Assembly (NCBI GenBank): GCA_046757165.1
Contig: JBHHXT010000002.1
Span: forward strand, 32,001-96,000
Source: a bacterium
Lineage (GTDB): Bacteria; Zhuqueibacterota; Zhuqueibacteria; Oceanimicrobiales; Oceanimicrobiaceae
Length of the DNA: 64,000 nt
Reading direction: 5' to 3'
Below, piece by piece: positions 49,335-57,060 of this stretch (the first letter of the stretch is position 1; the number at the start of each line of letters is the position of its first letter). The translations under genes were made by a program, and so were the position numbers. Under the pieces are notes generated by a model that had not been told where the DNA came from, did not search any database, and saw nothing but the letters and a program-made list of their open reading frames with translations.

Positions 49335-49793
49335 ATGATAGCTGAAAGGAAATTAGTCAGGTCTCTAATCTTCATTGCGATTCTCGCTTTTGCACATGGA
49401 AGTTACGCTCTCCACTTGAAGCTTGGTAAGAAGGATGAGCCGAAATTCTCGATCGTCCTGAGGGCAAAGTCTCTCGTGTTGGGTCCGGTCGTTACGCTAG
49501 GCGACATTGGTCACATCGTAATCCCTGACAGTTTACAGCGAACACTCTTGAGTTCCGTCAAGATCAGTGACGCACCGCCACCTGGCGAAACGACCGAAAT
49601 TTCCATGCGACACATCATGAGGCGACTCAAGACCGCCGGCTTTGAGAAATATCTTTCGGCGCTAAAAGGTCCGAGGACCATACGAGTGGTCACAGCACAG
49701 AAGGAAATTGACAAGGCCTTCCTGCGGGAAGCGCTCGCAAGTCGCTCCGGTGGCTGTCGCTGGCTTCAGACGCACAAATCATCGGGAGCATAA
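49335..49793 (+). CDS. flgA: Secreted protein resembling the N-terminal domain of long-form FlgA (truncated; SAF domain absent)
   Basis: Signal peptide ending SYA; 'VTLGDIG.I...L..V.I..APPPGE...I....I...L...G' pattern; flagellar-regulator context. Confidence 0.55.
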   Translation: MIAERKLVRSLIFIAILAFAHGSYALHLKLGKKDEPKFSIVLRAKSLVLGPVVTLGDIGHIVIPDSLQRTLLSSVKISDAPPPGETTEISMRHIMRRLKTAGFEKYLSALKGPRTIRVVTAQKEIDKAFLREALASRSGGCRWLQTHKSSGA

Positions 49794-49925
49794 TATTTTT
49801 ATTATTTATCTTGTATATTTTTATAAATTTACTTATAATAGTTACCAAATTTTCACGTGCACAACCACAGCTACCACTATGGATATCAAAATTGACTGCC
49901 AAGAAACCAATTTGAGGAATATGAT

Positions 49926-50141
49926 ATGCTAGTCCTGACACGGAAGTTAGGTGAAACGATTGTCATTGGAGACGATATCATCATAAAAGTTGTTGACATT
50001 CACGGCAAACAAATCAGGTTGGGCATAGAAGCACCTACTGAGATCAGCATCTTTCGAGGGGAAATTTACGAGCGAATCCAGGAGGAAAACAAGAGAGCCC
50101 TGTCCAATAACAATAACGAAGACCAGGAAAAGCTGGAGTAG
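49926..50141 (+). CDS. csrA: Carbon storage regulator CsrA
   Basis: MLVLTRKLGETIVIGDDI...RLGIEAP..I.IFRGEIYERIQEENKRA. Confidence 0.97.
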   Translation: MLVLTRKLGETIVIGDDIIIKVVDIHGKQIRLGIEAPTEISIFRGEIYERIQEENKRALSNNNNEDQEKLE

Positions 50142-50359
50142 TTCTCGACCTTCTGAGTCAAACAAAGTGTTTGCTGCAGATCTTATCTTCCATTTTTTGC
50201 CCAACACCTTCCGTACTGTTATCCTAAATAATCGATAGTGATGAGGGCATTTTCTAACAACGTTGTAGTGCTTAGACATTGTCCTGATTCTTTTGTCTTT
50301 TGGTTTTAGAGCGCGCATTATGTCAATTAAATAGCCAGAGAGCAACGTCTTAGAATCCG

Positions 50360-51727
50360 GTGAAAGCACAACAAGACAAAGAGTTCTCTGTGGTCATCAG
50401 GCTGTCAGAGTTCGCAAGTTTGAATGGCCAACTATCGAATTTTGAACGCGAGGACCAGCGGCAAGAATTCGTCAAGCATTTTTTCCTCAACAAGTATGGA
50501 CACGGAGGGGGAAAACTGAGGGTTGCACAAAAGCAATCCAAGGTGAAATTGACCTGGATACAACCAAGGTTTGACGAGAACGCTGAAGGGGCGCATGAAC
50601 GGGCGCTAGCCGCTGCAAGGCTAAAGGACTATAAAGAGGCGATTCAAAACTGGGTGAAGGCCATCTCATTGAACCCGGCTGACCCAGATTACTATTTTAA
50701 TCTTGGAATCGCTTTTTTTGAATTGAAAAACTTCATCGAAGCGATCGAGAACTTCAATAAGGCGTTGGATCTTTGTCCCATCTACTACAAGGCTCATTTG
50801 ATCCTTGGTACTGTCTATCTAAAAATTAGAAAATTTCAGAAGGCTGAAAAATATCTGCAGGAAAGTCTCATATTTTATCCAAATCACCCGCTAGCCTATC
50901 TAAACCTGGGTGCTGTCTACAGTATCCTGAAAAGATATGATGATGGCATCAGGATGTTCTTGAGGAGTATCGAACTATCCTCCAACGAGGTGAGGGCGCA
51001 CTTCGGCCTGGCAAAAATCTACTCACTCAGAGGAGAGGTAGACAAAGCCAATCGTTATTTCAAGAACGTCATAGATATCGGGAGGAATCACCAGCTCACA
51101 AATCACGCGAAACGAGCGATGATTTCGACACCTATGGCAGGCAATATTGAACTGTCGAATATTGACACGAAGAACATAGAAAAGTATTACCAGGAGGGGT
51201 ATAACGCCTTTCTTTTTTCCGATTATGAAAAAGCTGTCCAGATGTACACCATCTATCTGCGACAAAAACCTGATGATGATTTCGTTTGGTACTCCCTTGG
51301 TGAAGCAAGCTTAAGAGCCGGCTATTTGCAAAAGGCTGCTGAAGCCTTTGAAAAAGCCATCGCTATTAATAGAAGTAAAGGTTTGTATTATAAGGAATTA
51401 GCTCTAACATTCGTCTATCTTGATGATACAGAGCGAACTATCAAATGCCTGGAACAGGCCACGAAACTAGGCAAAGTTGACAGCGTTTCCAACACAATCT
51501 GGGGGAAAGCACTGATTCAGCAAGGCAACTATGACGACGCACTTCGCAAACTGGAAGAGGCCGTGAGGCTGAACCCGACTAACCTGTTTGCCAAGTACAA
51601 TCTGGCAATAGCTGCTATGAAGAACAATGAAGTCGACGCGGCCATCAGCCATCTTCAGGAGATTATCCGCACGCCGATCAACAGTCCGATCAAAATGGAG
51701 GCAGAAAATCTTATTGCGCGCACATAG
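50360..51727 (+). CDS. Cytoplasmic TPR-repeat protein
   Basis: Multiple canonical TPRs (YYFNLGIAFFELKNFIEAIENFNKAL) after an ~70-aa non-TPR N-terminal domain. Confidence 0.85.
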   Translation: MKAQQDKEFSVVIRLSEFASLNGQLSNFEREDQRQEFVKHFFLNKYGHGGGKLRVAQKQSKVKLTWIQPRFDENAEGAHERALAAARLKDYKEAIQNWVKAISLNPADPDYYFNLGIAFFELKNFIEAIENFNKALDLCPIYYKAHLILGTVYLKIRKFQKAEKYLQESLIFYPNHPLAYLNLGAVYSILKRYDDGIRMFLRSIELSSNEVRAHFGLAKIYSLRGEVDKANRYFKNVIDIGRNHQLTNHAKRAMISTPMAGNIELSNIDTKNIEKYYQEGYNAFLFSDYEKAVQMYTIYLRQKPDDDFVWYSLGEASLRAGYLQKAAEAFEKAIAINRSKGLYYKELALTFVYLDDTERTIKCLEQATKLGKVDSVSNTIWGKALIQQGNYDDALRKLEEAVRLNPTNLFAKYNLAIAAMKNNEVDAAISHLQEIIRTPINSPIKMEAENLIART

Positions 51728-51743
51728 CCAGCGAGCACGCGAT

Positions 51744-51771
51744 CGGGTGTATAATATATGTTATGTAAACT
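51744..51771 (+). other. dif: dif-like XerC/XerD recombination site
   Basis: CGGGTGTATAA-TATATG-TTATGTAAACT (11-6-11 layout); intergenic, at the gene-strand switch. Confidence 0.8.
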
Positions 51772-51866
51772 TCCAGCCGAGATCGAACGGCCGAAGCCTT
51801 TTGCTATTAGGTTGCTTTTCACATAGCAGCTTACACAAGACGCTCTGCCCGTTTTTTTTCTTACAG

Positions 51867-51941
51867 TCGGGGCGCCCGGATTCGAACCGGGGGCCTCCAC
51901 GTCCCGAACGTGGCGCGCTAACCGGGCTGCGCTACGCCCCG
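51867..51941 (-). tRNA. tRNA-Pro (CGG)
   Basis: CGGGGCGTAGCGCAG...CCACG-TT-CGG-GA-CGTGG...GGTTCGAATCC...CGCCCCGA; CCA not encoded. Confidence 0.95.
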
Positions 51942-51952
51942 CAAGCATCTAG

Positions 51953-52570
51953 CTACAATATATGTCTCACCAAGAAGAACCCGAAAATTAACAAAATAAT
52001 GAACAAAAAAGCAAGTAGATTGAAGTATTTATCGATGAAATCTTTGATCGGCTCTCCAAATTTCCAGATCAATCCCGCAACGATGAAGAACCTTGCCGCC
52101 CTCCCGACGGCGGATGCCAGTAAGAACCCGACAAAATTAATGTCAAAGACGCCGCTTGATATCGTGAAGATCTTGTATGGAATAAATGTGAATCCAGCCG
52201 TAAAAACAACCAAGAAGTCATGCTGTTGGTAAAGTGCCTTTACCTGCTCAAACCTCGTCTGTGTAAAGCCCGGAACATAACTGAAAAAGAAATCTCCGGC
52301 TACACTCCAAAATTGATAGCCGATGATGTAGCCGAATACTCCGCCAAGCAACGAGCCGACCGAGCATACCAGGGCAAACTTCAGCGCTCTTGTTCGTTGT
52401 GAAATCGCCAATGCAATCAGCAGAACATCTGGCGGAATTGGAAAAAACGACGACTCAGCAAAAGACAGCCCAAACAGAGCCCAAGAACCGTACGGCGACT
52501 CTGCCCACGATAGAACCCAGTCATATAACTGTCGGATTAGATTAGGTTTTGGTGTTTCCTTTTCTGACAC
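51953..52570 (-). CDS. YqaA/DedA (VTT) family membrane protein
   Basis: SFAESSFFPIPPD, PYKIF and GRAARF. Confidence 0.9.
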   Translation of the reverse strand: MSEKETPKPNLIRQLYDWVLSWAESPYGSWALFGLSFAESSFFPIPPDVLLIALAISQRTRALKFALVCSVGSLLGGVFGYIIGYQFWSVAGDFFFSYVPGFTQTRFEQVKALYQQHDFLVVFTAGFTFIPYKIFTISSGVFDINFVGFLLASAVGRAARFFIVAGLIWKFGEPIKDFIDKYFNLLAFLFIILLIFGFFLVRHIL

Positions 52571-52601
52571 TGATGTCTTGCTAAGGGAAGATTAAGTCTT
52601 C

Positions 52602-53291
52602 TTAAATGCGCCAAAAAAAGCTGTGCATATACACTTTGACAAAGCGGAAAATATCGATTATTCTCATAGCACTTGGCTGATCCTTTTGATAGATTGTCTC
52701 GATTGTGGCGGTGCCGATGCGAGAGCCTCTTTGCCCGATTTTTATGAGCAATTCAGTTTCAAGGTCAAAGAATTTTCCGTGTAGAGGCAAGGCCTCAAAT
52801 ACTCTACTTCGGTAAAGCCTGAATCCTGATTGCGAGTCTTCTATCTTGGCACCGAGACGCCATGAGATCAGCTTTGATGTAATCTTATTGCTCATGACTC
52901 TTGGCAGTGGCATTCTCTCGGTGTGAGTCATTCTCGAGCCGATCATGACGTCCGCGTTTTGCCGGTAGAGCTCATCAAGCAGGCCTTCGGCATCCGCGGG
53001 GTCATGCTGTCCATCAGCGTCAAGCGTCAGTATCAATGTTGCGCCCTCGGCAAGCGCTTTTTTGAAGCCGCTTCTGAGAGTCGTGCCCTTGCCAAGGTTA
53101 TGGTCGTGCTTCAGGTAGATTATGTCATCGATACCGGCGATGGTCTTCTCAGTTGCATCTATAGAACCGTCATTGACGACGATGATGGTAGCACTCGGTA
53201 TGCTGCTTTTCAAACGCTTGACGATGCGCCTCAACGTCATTGCGGCATTATAGGCCGGAATGACTGCATAGATTCTTTCCACTGGCGTCAA
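52602..53291 (-). CDS. Glycosyltransferase family 2 (DPM synthase-like)
   Basis: IPAYNA, VNDGS.D, NLGKG, DADGQHDP and DSQSGFR. Confidence 0.92.
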   Translation of the reverse strand: MTPVERIYAVIPAYNAAMTLRRIVKRLKSSIPSATIIVVNDGSIDATEKTIAGIDDIIYLKHDHNLGKGTTLRSGFKKALAEGATLILTLDADGQHDPADAEGLLDELYRQNADVMIGSRMTHTERMPLPRVMSNKITSKLISWRLGAKIEDSQSGFRLYRSRVFEALPLHGKFFDLETELLIKIGQRGSRIGTATIETIYQKDQPSAMRIIDIFRFVKVYMHSFFWRI

Positions 53292-53341
53292 ATATTGAAA
53301 AAGAGTAGAGAGTGATGTCTCTACCCTTCTTGTTGAAATTA

Positions 53342-53417
<76 letters not shown>

Positions 53418-53442
53418 ATATTTAGTTTGCCTCAATTGTCGA

Positions 53443-53802
53443 TCATGTGTCGATCATGCGGATGATGTCATGCAAGCCTCGTCTTATGTCATTGAGGATG
53501 TCCTGACGTTTCTTGTTGTCTGGTGCTGAGTCATGCTGGTCATGATCATCCTGATCATATAACTCTTTGATTCTTTGCTTAGCCCCTTCGATCGTAAATC
53601 TGTCCATGTAAAGCAGTTTCTTAATCAAAAGGACGGTTTTGATATCATTATTTCGATAAATTCGCTTTCCTGCCCTGTTCTTTGATGGCTTGAGTTCTGG
53701 GAATTCGCTTTCCCAGTATCGCAGAACATACGGTTTGATCGATGTCATTTTGCTGACTTCGCTGATAGAGTAATACAACTTTTTGATCGCAAAGTCTTTC
53801 AT
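53443..53802 (-). CDS. MerR-family HTH regulator
   Basis: KLYYSISEVS...PYVLRYWESEF..LKP.K...FTIEGA; directly upstream of tRNA-Pro(GGG). Confidence 0.92.
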   Translation of the reverse strand: MKDFAIKKLYYSISEVSKMTSIKPYVLRYWESEFPELKPSKNRAGKRIYRNNDIKTVLLIKKLLYMDRFTIEGAKQRIKELYDQDDHDQHDSAPDNKKRQDILNDIRRGLHDIIRMIDT

Positions 53803-53861
53803 AAGCAGAATGAACCGTTCCTGAGTTTGTCAAGCACAATATAGAACTATTGCGTTATTAA

Positions 53862-54644
53862 TCAAGTGGTTTTTATGCTGGTTCTTAACAATCGCAAGAA
53901 TAGTGTACTTTGTGCCAGACCGGATATTAGTTTTTGCTTTATGTCATCACAGTGTGACCAATAGTTGTTCGTTAGTTTAGTCTTGAACACCCAAAAAGGT
54001 TCAAAGCGATAAACTCCCCTTCGAAACAACGCATATGGAAAAATCTGATCGTAGGGATAGTTGCAGCCAAGAGTACAGGCGGCTTCATACCCTGCTTTCT
54101 TGACCAGCCCAATGACATTCGAATTGAAGGAGCCAAAAGGATAAGACATGACTTTGATCGGTTGGTTGAGCTGATTCTCCAACACGTCTTTGGAGTATCT
54201 CAACTCAAACCAGAGCGTCTTCAATGAAAGTGATCTCAAGTTGGGATGGGAAACGGTGTGAGAACCTATCTCCCACCCTTCTTTTGCCAGGATTTCGATT
54301 TGCTGCCAGGTGCAATGTTCAAATCTAAATCGATTACCATGATAGTCCCAACTATTCCAGTCACCAACATATTTCGTTATCACGAAAATCGTGGCTGTGA
54401 AGTCATATTGTCTTAGAATTGGGAAGGCGTTTTCAAAAACAGAGGCGTACGCATCGTCGAACGTGATGATCACGTCCCTGGGGCCATGATTGTTGTTTTG
54501 AACATACTCTTCGAGTGAAATGGACTTGAAGCCATTTTCATAGAGGAACTTGATTTGCCGTTCGAATTGTCTGGGTGTGGTGTAGGATGCGCCTAATTCA
54601 AATTCGTTCTGCACTTTGTGGTATGCGAGAATGGGGACAAACAT
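53862..54644 (-). CDS. Polysaccharide deacetylase (CE4/NodB)
   Basis: PILAYH, ITFDDAY, GSHTVSH and SYPFG. Confidence 0.9.
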   Translation of the reverse strand: MFVPILAYHKVQNEFELGASYTTPRQFERQIKFLYENGFKSISLEEYVQNNNHGPRDVIITFDDAYASVFENAFPILRQYDFTATIFVITKYVGDWNSWDYHGNRFRFEHCTWQQIEILAKEGWEIGSHTVSHPNLRSLSLKTLWFELRYSKDVLENQLNQPIKVMSYPFGSFNSNVIGLVKKAGYEAACTLGCNYPYDQIFPYALFRRGVYRFEPFWVFKTKLTNNYWSHCDDIKQKLISGLAQSTLFLRLLRTSIKTT

Positions 54645-54656
54645 GTCAGAACGCAG

Positions 54657-55766
54657 TTATATTTCATACAAGTTCTTATATGGCAGACCGAAGGCATCGG
54701 CGACCCCCTTAAAGGTAATCTGTCCGTCAACCATGTTGATACCTTTCGCGATTTCCTCATTTCTGTGAATGATTGCCGGGAAGCCGTGATTTGCGATTTC
54801 GATGGCGTACGGGAGAGTCGCATTTGTCAATGCTTTGGTCGAAGTCATGGGCACGGCTCCTGGCATATTGGCTACGCCATAGTGAATGACGCCGTCGATC
54901 TCATAGATTGGATCTTCATGGGTCGTGGGTTTGATGGTCTCAACACATCCGCCCTGGTCCACCGCAACGTCGACCAGGACAGAGCCTTTCTTCATCAGCC
55001 GCAACATATTCTTTGTGATCAGGCTCGGGGCCTTTGCACCAGGAATGAGAACCGCGCCAACGACCAAATCCGCTTCGGAGATGGCTTGCCTGATGTTTGA
55101 GGGATTGGACATGATCGTCATGACATTCTTAGGCATGACATCATCCAGGTATCTGAGACGATCGAGGTTGATGTCGAGAATCGCGACCCGTGCGCCAAGG
55201 CCGGCCGCAATTTTTGCGGCATTCGTGCCGACAACGCCTCCGCCGAGAATAACGACTCGTGCAGGCTCGACGCCGGGTACCCCGCCCAGCAGAATCCCTT
55301 TTCCACCGTGCATTTTTTCCAGGTACCGGGCCCCCTCTTGAATGGCCATGCGGCCAGCCACCTCGCTCATCGGAACCAGTAGAGGCAGATTCCCGGCAGC
55401 ATCCTGGACAGTTTCATAAGCAATCGCAATGCACTTTGATTGCATCATCGCCTGCGTCAGCTTCAAGGAGGCTGCGAAATGGAAATAAGTAAACATGATC
55501 TGTCCCTGTCGGATCAGAGGGTATTCGGATGGAAGCGGTTCCTTCACCTTGATTATCATCTCCGATCTCTCATATATTTCTTGTAGCGCGGAGATGATTT
55601 CCGCGCCGGCCTCACGGTAATCTTTGTCGGTGAATCCGCTGCCCACTCCAGCTCCAGTCTGAACCAGCACAGAATGCCCCGTGCTTTTCAACAATTCCAC
55701 GCCAGCCGGAATGACCGCCACTCTGTTTTCATTCGCCTTGATTTCTTTTGGCACGCCAATTCTCAT
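54657..55766 (-). CDS. ald: Alanine dehydrogenase
   Basis: GVPKEIK..E.RV, KVKEP, PMSEVAGR, GGGVVG, DQGG and ANMPGAVP. Confidence 0.97.
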   Translation of the reverse strand: MRIGVPKEIKANENRVAVIPAGVELLKSTGHSVLVQTGAGVGSGFTDKDYREAGAEIISALQEIYERSEMIIKVKEPLPSEYPLIRQGQIMFTYFHFAASLKLTQAMMQSKCIAIAYETVQDAAGNLPLLVPMSEVAGRMAIQEGARYLEKMHGGKGILLGGVPGVEPARVVILGGGVVGTNAAKIAAGLGARVAILDINLDRLRYLDDVMPKNVMTIMSNPSNIRQAISEADLVVGAVLIPGAKAPSLITKNMLRLMKKGSVLVDVAVDQGGCVETIKPTTHEDPIYEIDGVIHYGVANMPGAVPMTSTKALTNATLPYAIEIANHGFPAIIHRNEEIAKGINMVDGQITFKGVADAFGLPYKNLYEI

Positions 55767-55781
55767 TTGTGCTTCTCCCTC

Positions 55782-57026
55782 CTAAGCGGCTCTGGACTTC
55801 GGTTTAAGAATCGTCGTGTAAATTCTGTTGGTGTCAAAAAGCTCTTGGGCGGTCTCCAGGACCTCCGTTCTGGTGACAGCATCGATTTCTGCCAGTGTGT
55901 GGTCGAGGGTAAAGTAATCCTGCAAATAGATTTCCATTTTCGCCAGACGGTTCATTCTGCTCGAGGTGCCTTCCAGACCCAGCATTAAGTTGCCTTTCAG
56001 TTGAGACTTTGTTCGGTCTAATTCTTCTGAGGAGACAGGATTTTTTCTCAGTCCCTCTAACTCACGCGTGATGAGCTCGAGAGATTTTTCGACATTTTCT
56101 TTGTCTGTTCCCAGGTAGACACCAAAAATACCAGCATCAAATAGAAAATCGATAAAAGAATAGACCGAGTAAGCGATACCCTGTTTTTCCCGAATGTTCT
56201 GAAACAATCGAGAACTCATGCCAGCGCCGAGCAACGTGTTGAGCACCAACAGGCCAAACTTCTTTCTCTCTCTGTAGGGATAGGCCTGCGTGCCGAGGCA
56301 AAGGTGGGCTTGAATGGCTCCGTTTTCAACCACGTTTGTGCCATGTTCCGGATTTCGCGGCAGCGGGTACGTCGCGGAGTGGCCGTCCCCCAGCGGGCCA
56401 AAGTTAGCCTGGAGCAAGTCGACGAGGTGAGAATGGTCAACATTGCCGGCCGCCGCGACCACCATCCTTGTGGTGGTATAGTTCTGTCTCAGAAAACTCA
56501 GGATGGCATCTCGCTTGAGGTTCAATATGGAATCGCGCTTGCCGACGATTGAGAAGCCCAGAGGGTGGTTGGGGAACAAGTCCTCCCAGAACAAATCATG
56601 AATGAGCTCCTCCGGCGTCTCCTCGATGTTGTTCAACTCATCAAGGATGACGCGTTTCTCTTTCTCCATTTCATCTTCATCAAAGATGGAATTGGTGAGA
56701 ATATCAGCGATAACTTCAACGGCTTTGCAAAGATGCTCATCAAGAACATGGGCATAGTAACAGGTGAGTTCCTTTCCGGTGAAGGCGTTCAAGTGGCCTC
56801 CAACGGACTCGAGACTTCGGGCAATATCAGAAGCTGTCTGATTCGATGTTCCCTTGAACATCATATGCTCTATGTAATGAGAAATCCCATGGTTTCCTGG
56901 GTGTTCATCTCGAGAGCCGACAGCGACCCACGTGCCAATCGAAATGGACCTGACATGAGGGATTCGCTCCGTTACGACGCGTATGCCGTTGCTCAATTCC
57001 GTTTTCTTGTACTGTGTCTCGCTCAT
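55782..57026 (-). CDS. M16 family zinc peptidase (pitrilysin-like)
   Basis: HYIEHMMFKGT (HxxEH), NAFT and GMSSRLFQNIREK; ATG at 57026; follows pnp. Confidence 0.93.
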   Translation of the reverse strand: MSETQYKKTELSNGIRVVTERIPHVRSISIGTWVAVGSRDEHPGNHGISHYIEHMMFKGTSNQTASDIARSLESVGGHLNAFTGKELTCYYAHVLDEHLCKAVEVIADILTNSIFDEDEMEKEKRVILDELNNIEETPEELIHDLFWEDLFPNHPLGFSIVGKRDSILNLKRDAILSFLRQNYTTTRMVVAAAGNVDHSHLVDLLQANFGPLGDGHSATYPLPRNPEHGTNVVENGAIQAHLCLGTQAYPYRERKKFGLLVLNTLLGAGMSSRLFQNIREKQGIAYSVYSFIDFLFDAGIFGVYLGTDKENVEKSLELITRELEGLRKNPVSSEELDRTKSQLKGNLMLGLEGTSSRMNRLAKMEIYLQDYFTLDHTLAEIDAVTRTEVLETAQELFDTNRIYTTILKPKSRAA

Positions 57027-57060
57027 GTGTACACTACCACTTATATGTCCTCTCCAGCAA

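Noticed and set aside
49947..50369. 140-aa minus-strand ORF or fliW remnant after csrA
   Set aside because: It is antisense to csrA and shows no FliW or other recognisable motif.
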